Shown here one piece after another: positions 13,510 to 24,647 of a stretch of 64,000 bases of DNA. Under the pieces are notes generated by a model that ran no database searches, had not been told where the DNA came from, and was given only the letters and a program-made list of their open reading frames with translations. A program made the translations under genes and the position numbers. How positions within the stretch are numbered: position 1 is the first letter of the stretch; every line of letters begins with the position of its first letter. This DNA is from Blasia pusilla (lineage: Eukaryota): assembly GCA_050084515.1 (NCBI GenBank), contig CM114271.1, forward strand, positions 36,146,001 through 36,210,000, given 5' to 3'.

Positions 13510-14420
13510 CGTATGGTGGATCTCTTTGGAGGGATCACCACTGGTTTAGCTGCTGCTCTGCTGGCTAGAGTGCATGTGCAGTAATACTTGTACATGGAAG
13601 TTGATGATGTTGCGAGGCGCGCTTTAATTCACAATGTGGCGCCATTCTACCTCCGCCATCTAGGATTACGAGAGTTCCCTACCAAGGGACATTTCATTGT
13701 TGGGGGCGCAGGACTTGGAGCGGGTAGGGACCATAGACTTGTTCATTGCAGATTGGCCGTGTCAAGGCCAATCGAGTGTTGGATGAGGTAACGGGTTAGC
13801 TAACTCTTGGTCTAAGTTGTTTTGGGAGATGATACAAATTTTGCGACACTTGAAAGAGTATTAGTTCCGTTCTCTAGCATACATTCTGGAGAATGTGCCA
13901 ATTTTGGGTGATTTGAGGTCTCGCATGGTGACGAGTGCACAACACGTGCGTGCATGGATCAACTCGACAGTGTTGTTGGATACGGCGAATATGGGTTCAC
14001 GAGCATATCGCCCGCATCTTTGGTGGACCGACTTGGTGGCACATGAGGTGTTGCGGAGGGTGTATGCGAGAGTGGAGTGCCCCTTCGATTTTTTGGTGGA
14101 TTCTATTTTCGATCCAGGTCATCGATCAAAGGCAATGAGGCACGATGATCGCCCGCTGTTGAGTGTGGTCAACACGATTGGCATGCCACGGGAAGCCTTT
14201 CCAACATTGGTGAGTTTTCCGGCTTCCTATGGGTTCAAGAAGGCCGGGCCTGCCTTGGTTTGGGATGACAAGGAACAGCGATTAATGGAGCCCAACGCCG
14301 ATGAGCACGAGCGAGCGATGGGATTTCCCACATGAGTGATGGTAGTACCGTCACAATTAGAGGCATCACGACGTCATGTCTTGGGTTAGGCGATGGACCT
14401 GAACTGCTTGACATGGATTT
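13510..14420 (+). pseudogene. DNMT3-like C5-cytosine methyltransferase domain of element 1 (degenerate)
   Basis: Motif I VDLFGGITTG (about 13516), motif IV IADWPCQG (PCQ 13757-13765), motif VI YILENVP (ENV 13889-13897), motif VIII GSRAYRPHLWW, motif IX EHERAMGF, motif X RRHVLG*AMDLN. Confidence 0.9.
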
Positions 14421-15227
14421 TTAGCTTAGGAGTAGCGGAGCAACATCGTTTTAGGTTGCGACAAATTACAAAATTGCGTTGGTGAGCCCAATGCCTATCG
14501 AGACGGTTGAGATAGTGGCTGGGGGCGAGACCCGAAAAGATTGACACACCACGGATGATCAAGTTGGGATGTGTTGCAAGTAAGTAGGAAGATGATAGCC
14601 ACAACATCAAGCGTGGTTCTAGGTACTGCACGTGGAGGAGATCAGATTTTACAATTGGCTGCAAGAGAGCAGTCGAATTCTATTGTCCAAGACGGAGTTG
14701 CACCATAGCAACCACCAACACTTGCGCCAGAGAGTCCTACGATGGAGAGTTGGGAGCCACATATGGGCCCTAAGTTGATAGGAGGAGAGCGGCGCCGGAT
14801 ACATAAGTTCCTAAGGAGTTATAGGAGTTGTTTTGCATTTAGTATGCATGATTTGGGTACACTGAAGGGTCCACGCATCCGCATTGAGATGTTGAGTGAC
14901 ACGCCGATGTTCCGAAAATCTTACACGTACAATGACATGGAAAGGGCTCTGATTCAGAGTAGTAGCCAGGACTTGGTTGGAGCAAGATAAGTGGAGATGT
15001 TGCATGGAGAGTATGCATGTGCCACTATCATGCCTGCCAAGAAGGATGTGCATGGCAATTGGATGGATAGGCGGATGTGTGGAGGTTATGGACTTATGAA
15101 TCGGTAGACGAAGTCCGATACGTATTCTATGCCCATGAGATCTCTGATGCTATTGGGCATCCAAAGGTCTTCAATTCCCTAAATCTTTGAGCCGGATACC
15201 ATCAGCTGCATATCAGATTGGAGGACA

Positions 15228-15594
15228 TGTCATGACCATACGGATTATGTCGTAGAGTATAGTGTGCTAGTAGAGGCCATACCTCATGTAGGGCCGTAGT
15301 GTCTAGGTAGAGATGCGGTTTCATATATAGGGGTCGGGGTTACTCAATTTAGGTGACTTTTCCAATAGGACCCGCTCTTAGGTTGGAGGATATAGTATGG
15401 AGTGCACTCAAAGAACAGTTAGTTCTTTGAGTTGAGTCTGTTGCGTTGGGAGTTAGCCTTGGTAGTGAGTAGAGCTCTTGGCTTAGGTGGTTCCCGCAAG
15501 CTTCGACCTGGATTCTCCCATCGTGGAGTGGGTTTGGCTCGATTGTATGTGATTCTATACATGTTTTATGACAGTACGTCTTTCACGGATTTCA
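15228..15594 (+). repeat. 5' LTR segment A1 (367 bp)
   Basis: About 96% identical by eye to 24174-24541; ends TTTCA directly before the priming site. Confidence 0.92.
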
Positions 15595-15605
15595 CTCAAA
15601 GAACT
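15595..15605 (+). promoter_or_regulatory. Tf1-type self-priming site
   Basis: CTCAAAGAACT directly after the LTR end is the exact reverse complement of AGTTCTTTGAG at 15421-15431, about 30 bp downstream of a TATA-like GATATAGTA at about 15389; no tRNA-type TGG PBS is present. Confidence 0.75.
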
Positions 15606-17088
15606 GGAGTAGATCGATGATAGCTTCGATTGTGGATCAGTAGGATCTGGTTAGGGCTCATTGTGTACTCAGTCGTGGATGTTTGTGGCTTGTGGCCTAT
15701 GTTGGAGGTGGAATCTGAAGCGTGGTTTTAGGGAAGAAGCGCCTTGATAAGAGCTTTCCAATGCACTTTAGATTGCCGGATTCCGTCGAGGGAGTTGGAA
15801 GTTATCAAGGATTGAAGATTCTGGTTCGTGTTCGGCGGTTTTCTGATGTGGAGAGCTTAGAGTGCGGAAGCTCTGTTGAAGTTCATCCAGATTGGGTGAG
15901 AGGTTCCTGTTGCTACTTGTATTGTGATCTCATGTGATGCTATTTGCTTGAGTGTGTGGAGCGTTGCGGATTTTTGCGTGCATGAATCTGGGTGGAAGCG
16001 TTGTCAGATTTGCGATTCTTGCGGTGTATGGATAGCAAGTTTTTCTGATTTTTAGCTCAGAGTAAAGAGCTCGGTTGTAGCTGATTTTTTGTGGAGAGAT
16101 AGCTATGGTGTCCAATTGAATTCAAGGTGAAACAAATTCAATTTTGGTTAAGGATTTGTGGAGTAATTGCTGATCGAAATTTTGCGGACTAGCTCAAGGT
16201 CAGCAGATCGGAGGGGTTGGTTGGTTGGTGATTCGTCTGTTGTTAGAGACGCCTATCCCGTTGGGGGCGCCTTGGTTGGGCCTCTCTCCATAACGAAGCA
16301 TGGCGAACGGGGCATGTCTCAAGCATTTCTTGGCATTTTGAGGCTTTGAGGCAACTCGTGGTAGCTCAAGGCGAGTGGGTATGAGATGCGGACTAAGGAG
16401 CAAGGAGCAAGCAAGCAAGCTTGCTTTGCTTGGGGGTGAGGCAGTTTTTGTAGGATTTGTGATTTTAGTGTTGCATAACTAGTCACCCATCTTTGGGCTA
16501 TTATGCCTGGAAGACGCTTAACTGCTAAGTTCTTAACTATGCCAGTGTACACACTGGTGTAGCTCATTTGGTGTTGTTCGGAGATGTGTTAGGCGCTTTA
16601 TGCATCTCAGGTTTTTGGTTGATGGACCTCTAGCGCATAGTACGGTGTAGCCTCTCCATGGAGGTGATATTTTCAGGAGTTGCGAGTCCGACTAGCACGT
16701 CATCGACCCGCGGCGGAGTAGCTATTGCGTTAGAGTTGTGTGGTGGGTTCTGTGGATTCAGGGGGCGCCACGTTTGGTGGATTTTGTTACCTTGATTTCC
16801 ATTTGCGATTGGAGGGTTGTCGTTGGACTTCCTATGTTTGGATCCCCTCCATTGTTGCTTCTTGCTTGCGCGCCCATTTTTAGGGTTGACGCTGATTTCC
16901 AGAGTAGTGTTACTACTGTATGCTACCAGTAGTGAGGCTGGAGTGATGACCAATAGACCGTGGGAGGCTTCTTCTGGTGATGAAAGGTTAGGTTGCCTAC
17001 ACCCATAGCTAGTAGAGCTAGAATAGTACAGCGACATCGATGTCACTTGGTTACTTCGTGGTGGTAATTTGGCGGTGGTGCGGCATCG

Positions 17089-19560
17089 GTGTTGGTCATC
17101 ACGGAGCTATCTGGTGGTCTGGTTGGGGACCGTGGTGCGGACAGTGGTGGTTTTACACGGAGTGGATTGAGGTATGGGCTACCTTTTCCATTTCCGACAG
17201 TTGATGAAGAGGAGGACGAGGGTGTTCCAAACACCAAGTCTTCTACGTTGTTATCGAGTGTTGCAGCTCCATTGATTTGGGATATGGACAGGATATATGG
17301 GGCCATGAAGGGACCACAATGATACTCGGGTGCAGTGGGCACCATTGAGCTGGAGGACTTCATGCAGGAGTTTGATATGTGGTGTGATATGCAAATGTTG
17401 CGGAACGCCACATTGTTTACACCCTTCTTGGCTTGGAAGGGGTTGTTTCAGCACTTGGAGGGACCACCCATGGATGATTACCATGAGTTTAGGAAGGACC
17501 ATGTTGCTGAGATTGAGGCATGGAGACAATATTGGTCTCCAGGCTATGTGTCTATTACCTAGGGTGGTATTGGTAGTAGTGCTCCTACTATGCCAGCCAG
17601 CTCGACGTTGAGTGGTACGAGTACGAGCCAGAGTGGGGGTACCAGTGGAGGTACCCATGGAGGTACCAATGGGGGTACTAGTGGAGATACTAGTGCCCCA
17701 CCATCGTTCAACCCGGTTGCAGAGTTCTTCAAGAGGTTGAAGAAGAACTATCAAGGAGTGAAGATAGAGAAGTTGAGGAGTCTTCAGGAATTTGAGCGAA
17801 AGACTGGTGAGAGTCTTTGTGAGGCATACACTCGTATAAGACCCTTGATTTTAGTTACCTAGGGTGTGTCTGAGGCTCACGCAGTCCAGTTTTGGTATGG
17901 GATCTTGGACAGAGAGTTGCACCGTAGGGTACGTGATGCTACTCTTATGAGTGATGATTCACCCACATTGACCCATGTGTTTGCTCTATGTGAGAAGATT
18001 GAGCTTGACATGGTGGAGGAGAGAGTGGTGACATCCGCATTTAGTAGGGATACAAGTACTACTTCTCGTGTTCAGCAGTCCACCTCACAGTCTCGTAGTA
18101 ATGATGGTGGTAGTAGTAGTGGGAGTCATGGGGGGTACACACGACCTCTGTCAGGTCCTAGAGGGACACTTGCGCAGAGACCATTGCCTTCATTTGCTGC
18201 CCCGCAGCAAGGACAGTCATGTTGGACATATGGAGGTGATCATGTTAGGAGGTTTTGTCCCCAAGAGGATGGGAGATGGACTTTGGAGGATGGTCCTCAA
18301 TCGGCTCCAACTCAGTGTGATCATTGCGGGAGACCAGGTCATCCTCGAGAGCGTTGCTTTAATCTTCATCCAGAGATGAGATCAGGCCGCAGCTGTGGTG
18401 GAGTAGCTCCGAGAGGCTGAGGTGGTAGAGGTGGTAGGGGTGGTAGAGGTGGACCAATGGTTGGAGAGCCTAACGTGGCTACTCCTTCCACTACGATAGA
18501 GTCAGTTATGGCTGCCAGGATTGAGCAGTTGGAGTAGAAGTTGGGTACTATGGCTGATATCGAGCATAGAGCAGGATCGGGAGGAGGGGCTTCCACCTCT
18601 TATGGAGGGGATGATCTCTCTTATATGGCGAGTGCAGCACACGTTGAGGCATCAGCTGCAGTTACGAGAGGAGCCACTCGAGCGTCAGAGCAACGTGGTG
18701 CTACTGTGGAGTTGGACCCACAGAGGGGTGAGGCTGGGAGGAAGGCTAGGCTTCCCTAGTCATTCTTGTTGTCCGAGGTGCTTAGGACTCCATCCATGGT
18801 TCCTACGCAGCCTATTGAGCCTACAGTGAGGACTGAGGCATCTACATTGCGTGTAGGAGACACGGATGTAGCATCCAGTGCAGTATTGCGGATGGCAACT
18901 TCAGTGTTGGGATTCCCATTGTTTTCGGCCACGGAGCTGATGGCTTTAGGAGTTGACTTAGCTCCTCTATTAGCAGCCATGTTGTGTGAACGTGGGGATG
19001 TTACTCCTACACGTGCAAAGGTGGATGAGGGTGTTGCGGTGGAGCAACCCTCTATGTCAGGTGTAGCATTGAGTACCAGTGCTACTTGGCAGGCAGCAGC
19101 GGCGAAGATGGATGCATTATCAGCCCGGCCAACCATTGATGGTGAGAGGCTTACACCTGATGTATGTATGTTGGACAACCAAAGTGGATATTCCGATTGG
19201 TAAGTCCTACAGGACAAGTGTATAGACCAGATAGAGTCTTGTTAGACTCTGGTGCCCAACCTTTGATGTTGGGAAAGGCGGCATGTATTGGTTTGGGTAT
19301 TCGGAGGTCAGAGCTTGAGCCTTGCCCATTCCAAATTCAAACATCACTTGGAGGAGCCAATGATAGGTCTCAATTCATGACACGGGAGAAGTTGTCTGTA
19401 TAGTTGAGACCAGGTCATGCGATTGATAGCTCTTGGTTGGGAGTACGTGCAGTGGTCACATCAGCCGAGTCGTATGATGTACTAGTTGGAGGAGCAATAT
19501 TGTACCCGATGGGTTTTCAGATGGACTACTTGACTGAGACAACGTCTTATAGACCTGGTT
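17089..19560 (+). pseudogene. gag: gag with two zinc knuckles, plus aspartic protease, of element 2
   Basis: Same-frame fragments 17089-19203; CWTYGGDHVRRFC and CDHCGRPGHPRERC knuckles; protease VLLDSGAQPLML after a frameshift at about 19170. Confidence 0.9.
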
Positions 19561-19970
19561 GGCAGTCCGGGAATGGACGTATGAGCCAGGTTCCTATGAG
19601 ATTTATTTATGGGGCTCGACCAAGAGGGTCTTCCCCAACGGTGTTAGCATTTGTGGCTGGTTTTAGTGGAGTAGTCACTTGGCCAGGAGACTCTTTGGAG
19701 GCTAATCTTTCTGCTATGGATTCTCCTGTGCATGAGGAGGTAGAGGAGGTCCCTAGTTTTGCAGCAGTGGCATCCTCATCATTGGATGTGCCACTTTGGT
19801 GTTCAGGCGGTGCACTACGATAAGAGGCTGATCGCCTAGTGTAGGAGGCTTGGTGTGAAGCTGTTATACCTCACTAGGAAGAGGAGGCCCCATGGCGGAC
19901 TCCTACTTCTGGTCCAGTTGGGTTATCCCCTTTGGATACTACATCCATTGTATGGCAGTATCGGCCGGAG

Positions 19971-20910
19971 GGCATTTGTGTGTTAGATCTCTTTGGTGGG
20001 ATTAGCACTGGTTTGGCTGCAGTGTTGCAGACCGGTATTCCTGTGCGGAGATACTTGTATGTGGAGGGAGATGAGACGGCCCAGAGAGTCTCATCCCGAC
20101 ATATCGGTCAATTGATGCGAAGATATCCTCAGTTGTTGCCGCCATCAGCTATTCGTGGATACCAGCGTGCTTTGCCATCACACATTGCATTGTTGGGGGC
20201 GTAGGACCTTGAGAGGGTTGGTTGTGTGGATTTGGTGATTGCTGGATGGCCATGTCAGGGTCATACATGTGCTGGTCATGGTGAGGGATTACACGACCCT
20301 AGGTCTCGATTATTTTGGAAGATGTTAAGGATGTTACGACATCTTCAGGTTCATCAGGCACATGCTCCAGTTTACATTCTAGAGAATGTTCCATTGTTGG
20401 GTGACACTCGGACCCGAATGATGGCGAGTGTTTATGAGGTGCGGTCTTGGATTGGACCAGCGGTATTGTAGGATGCAGCGCGAGTTGGCTCGCGTGCACA
20501 TCGTCCATGCTTGTGGTGGAAAAACTTGTTGCCTAGGGACATTCTAAGTCGAGCACATGATGCAGTGTAGCGGGATCCTTGCCTTACAATCGATAGTATC
20601 TTGGATACTGGGCGACTTTCTCAGGTGGTGAGGGTTATTGATCGGTCACCCATGGCAGTGGTGAACCGTGTGGGCCAGCCTAGGATGGCACTACCCACAT
20701 TTGTGAGTTTTCCCTCGTCACATGCCTACACGGAAGGTGGTCCTGGGCTTGTATGGGATTCTCATATGCAACAGTTGGTGGAGCCTAATGCTGTATGAGA
20801 GAGAGCGTGCGATGGGATTTGCTACTGGTGTGACAGCGGTTGCTTCCATTTTTGAGGTTTCACGACGTCATGTGTTGGGTCAGGCCATGGACCTGAATTG
20901 TTTGACCTGG
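19971..20910 (+). pseudogene. DNMT3-like C5-cytosine methyltransferase domain inside the pol polyprotein of element 2
   Basis: Ordered motifs: I VLDLFGGISTG (19980-), IV DLVIAGWPCQG (PCQ 20250-20258), VI YILENVP (ENV 20382-20390), VIII GSRAHRPCLWW, IX ERERAMGF, X RRHVLGQAMDLN; same frame as the upstream protease; several stops and one frameshift. Confidence 0.93.
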
Positions 20911-21261
20911 ATTTTGAGTCTTTGGATGGTCGAGCAGCGTCAACTTTGAACTATGTCTATGGGTCTTCCACCCCTTGTGATGAGCTCGATGGCTACCGGG
21001 ACGGTAGAGACATTGGCTGGGGAGGAGAATAGTATTTTGCATCCTTGGAGTAAATGGGATGTAATGGTTGGGCATGTGGAGTTGGTTGCTCATGCTGGTG
21101 GAGAAGTTATTTGCTTAGATGATGGTATAGCTAAGGGTGTACTATCTTGTGAGGGGGTTTCCGAGCAGCCAATAGTGTCGTCCTCTCCCTCTAGTGTGCC
21201 AGTGGAGGAGACTTAGGAGCCATTACTTGGGCCCAAGATTAGGGGAAGTGAGAAACGACGC

Positions 21262-22640
21262 TTGACACAATTGCGACGTGCTTATAAGAGTTGTTTTGCC
21301 TTTAGCATGAAGGAGTTGGGTGCTTTGGTTGGACCCGGTATACGGATTGATTTGGCTAGTGATTCGCCAATCTTCCGTCGTCCTTACCGATATAGTGATA
21401 TGGAGAGGGACCTGATTCAGAGTAGGACGTTGGACCTTTTGGAGGCTAGATTAGTGGAGTTGTCGTATGGAGAGTATGCATCAGCCATTGTCATGCCTGC
21501 TAACAGGGATGTGCAGGGCAACTACACGGATAGGTGGATGTGTGGAGATTACCGTCCTATCAATCGGCACACCAAGGCCGATAGGTATGCCATGCCTACA
21601 CCTGAGGAGATCTTTGATGTGGTGGGACAAGCAAAGAATTTTAGTACTTTGGATCTTCGGGCAAGATACCATCAGTTGCCAATTCGAGAGAGTGACAAGG
21701 CCAAGATAGCATTTTGGGGTGTCAACTCTCATGGCAATGATTGTTTGTACCAGTGGAAATTCTTACCCTTTGGGTTGAAGAATGCACCTGCCGAGTTTCA
21801 GAGAGTGATGGACAGGATCCTAGTAGGGTTGGATTTTGTTTGGTGTTACATTGATGATATCTTGGTGTTCAGTAACACGGTGGAGGAGCATCAGATACAT
21901 TTGCAGATTGTGTTTGAGCGGTTGAAAGCTCATGGTCTACGTTTGCATCCAGGAAAGTGTAAGTTCTTCCATGAGGATGTAGAGTACTTGGGTCATGTGA
22001 TCTATCCAGGTGGTTTGGGAGTTCAACAAGCAAAGGTGGAGGCTATTGCACTTATTCCTCATCCGGTAGATGTGAGTAGAGTTCGGGCATTCATGGGATT
22101 AGCGAACTACTATCGGAGGTATGTGAAGGGATTTAGTGCTATGGCAAAGCCTTTGAACCAATTGCTGAAATCAGATCAGGAGTGGCACTGGGGAGATGAT
22201 CAGGAGAGAGCTTTTGTGGAGCTCAAGGACCCAGTTGGTGACATGCACCTATCTTGAGGAGACCTATTAGAGGGTGCCCATTTCAATTACACACTGATTG
22301 GAGTAGGTTGGGACTTGGAGCGGTGTTGACACAACATGATGATGAGCACATGGAGTTTGTGGTGGCCTATGCAAGTCGTTCGAATAATGCAGCGGAGTCG
22401 CGCTATAGTTCATATGAGGGAGAGTGCTTGGCAGTAGTGTGGGCTATGGCACACTTTAGGTGTTACTTGTTTGGCACATAGTTTACCCTTGTTACTGATC
22501 ACCAACCGCTCAAGTGGTTGATGGAGTCTGACAAGCTTACAGGGAAGCTTGCACGGTGGGCTCTTATCTTACAGGAGTATGACTTCCAGGTGGTACATAG
22601 ACCTGGAGTTGCCAACCTTGATGCTGATGGGTTGAGTAGG
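21262..22640 (+). pseudogene. pol: Reverse transcriptase and RNase H of element 2
   Basis: MCGDYRPIN, FSTLDLRARYHQL, LPFGLKNAPAEFQRVMD, YIDD, EYLGH; RH FQLHTDWS, YEGECLAVVWA, TDHQPL, DADGLSR. Confidence 0.95.
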
Positions 22641-23039
22641 AACCCATGTACGAGCCAAGAGGATGCAATTGGGGCTAGATGGCATGGCGAGGTTGATGAG
22701 GAGATGGTGTCAGGTTGGCATGCATCTGCCTTTTTCTATTGGTTAGGGGTAGACTCTAGTATGGAGGACCACATGACATCTTACTCTAGTCAGAGGGTAG
22801 ATGGCCAGCCTTCAAATCCTAAGGTTGGAGATGGTCGTACGGATCAACGTGATATTCATGATGATGCGTTGGTGTTGGAGTTCCTACGGACCAGTAGGAT
22901 GCCAGGCATAGTGAGTGCCAAGGAGCGAGACCGTGTTCTTCAACGTTCTAAGAGGTATCGATTGGAGGGAACACATATTCTCCGTGTGTGGGAGGATGGT
23001 AGAGTACAAGTAGTGTCGTATTTGACTTAGAGAGAGCGC

Positions 23040-24052
23040 ATTGCACGACATGCCCATGAGGAGTTGGGACATTTTGGGGTAAAGCGTACGTATAGCTTAC
23101 TCCTTGGTCAGTATTGGTGGCGTGGCATGCATACTCAGGTGCAGCAGTTGGTGTCACGTTGTATGGTTTGTGACCGGGTGAGGGCATCATTCAATGCCCC
23201 TACACCATAGTTACACCCCTTGCCTATTATGGGGTTGGGTTACCGTTGGAGTGTGGACTTTGCGGGACCGTTACCGTTGACTGTACGACATCATCGATAT
23301 GTGTTGGTGATGGTGGAGCACTTCTCCAAGTGGATTGAGTTGGTGGCATTACCTGACAAGGCAAGTGAGGGAACGGCGTATGCGTTTCTTGATAGAGTGC
23401 TTAGTCATTTTGGTGCACCAGCTAAAGTGCTGACCGACTAGGGTACAGAGTTTGAGGGTTAGTTTCAGGTCTTGTGTGATAAGACGTAGATTGATCATCG
23501 GACCACGTCTCGAGATCATCAAGAGCGGATGGTTTGGCTGAGCGTGTGGTTCAGATGGTGAAGAGGGCATTACGCAAGTATGGCCTAGAGAAGGGGCATC
23601 TTGGAGACTGGGATATTCAGTTGCCATGGTTAGCCATGGGGTATAGGTTCAGTCGCCAAGCATCCTTGGCTTCCTTCTCACCTTATTTTCTGTTATACGG
23701 CCGAGATCCAGACTTGCCCACAGCAATTTTTCGGGAGTCTAGTGAGGTGGTGAACCTTGATGACCCAGAGATGTGGATGAGAGTGTGTTCTCAGCGGACA
23801 GAGCTCTTTCGGAGAGTTATGCCAAGAGCCTTTGAGAATCTTGCCATTGCTCAACACAAGGATACATTGCGGTATGCAACCATTCGGGGTGGAGGTTATC
23901 AACCATCGATTTGTAGGTTCCATGTGAGGGATTATGTCTATTTGCAGCAGAATGCACCGACAACGTTGGATGTGACGGCAGACCGCACTATTTTACGAGT
24001 GCGCGAGGTGTTAGCTTCTGGAGTTCTCATGTTGGAGGGTCGTGATGGAGTT
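23040..24052 (+). pseudogene. DDE integrase of element 2; C-terminus abuts the PPT
   Basis: HHCC zinc motif HEELGH...CMVC; core WSVDFAGPLP, LTD*GTEF, GLAERVVQMVK; SPYFLLYGR. Confidence 0.92.
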
Positions 24053-24055
24053 GTT

Positions 24056-24067
24056 AGGGGGGCGAGT
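24056..24067 (+). promoter_or_regulatory. Polypurine tract
   Basis: AGGGGGGCGAGT immediately before TGTGGTAC (start of segment B1). Confidence 0.75.
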
Positions 24068-24647
24068 TGTGGTACACTTGTGTTTGTGGATGCTCTCGAC
24101 TATGTTATGTATGTATGTGAGTATGGTATGTCAGCGATTTATGTTGTATGACGATGTGGATTTGCACGACAACTGTCATGACCATACGGATTATGTCGTA
24201 GAGTATAGTGTGCTAGTAGAGGCCATACCTCATGTAGGGCCGTAGTGTCTAGGTAGAGATGCGGTTTCATACATAGGGTTGGGGGTTACTCAGTTTAGGG
24301 TGACTTTTCCAGTAGGGCCAACTCTTAGGTTGGAGGATATAGTGTGGAGTGCACTCAAAGAACAGTTAGTTCTTTGAGTTGAGTCTGTTGCGTTGGGAGT
24401 TAGCCTTGGTAGTGAGTAGAGCTCTTGGCTTTGGTGGTTCCCGCAAGCTTCGACTTGGATTCTCCCATCGTGGAGTGGGTTTGGCTCGATTGTATGTGAT
24501 TCTATACGTGTTTTATGACAGTAGGTCTTTCACGAATTTCAGTTGTGGTACACTTGTGTTTGTGGATGCTCTCAACTATGTTATGTATATATATGAGTAT
24601 GGTATGTCAGCGATGTATGTTGTATGACGATGTGGATTTGCACGACA
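24068..24647 (+). repeat. 3' terminal repeats B1 (24068-24171), A2 (24174-24541), B2 (24544-24647)
   Basis: B1 and B2 are 104-bp copies with 4 differences; A2 matches A1. Confidence 0.92.

Larger units (their letters stand above)
15228..24647 (+). mobile_element. DNMT-carrying Ty3/Gypsy element 2 (Tcn1/Tf1-like), near full length, split-LTR ends, 4-bp TSD GACA
   Basis: Termini TGTCATG...CACGACA; GACA at 15224-15227 and 24648-24651; the interrupted RT of element 1 rejoins across it; internal gag-PR-DNMT-RT-RH-INT. Confidence 0.93.

Noticed and set aside
17040-17062. Alternative LTR end and PBS at TGTCA-CTTGGTTACTTCG
   Set aside because: The preceding sequence has no counterpart at the 3' end; the repeat boundary is at 15594.
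19971-20910. Host DNMT3/DRM gene or bacterial contamination
   Set aside because: Intronless, in frame with the retroelement protease, and at the same position in two related elements.
15228-24647. DIRS/Ngaro tyrosine-recombinase element, suggested by the split repeats and MTase
   Set aside because: It has a protease, HHCC-DDE integrase, PPT and TSD; no tyrosine recombinase was seen; the MTase is C5-type rather than Dam-like.
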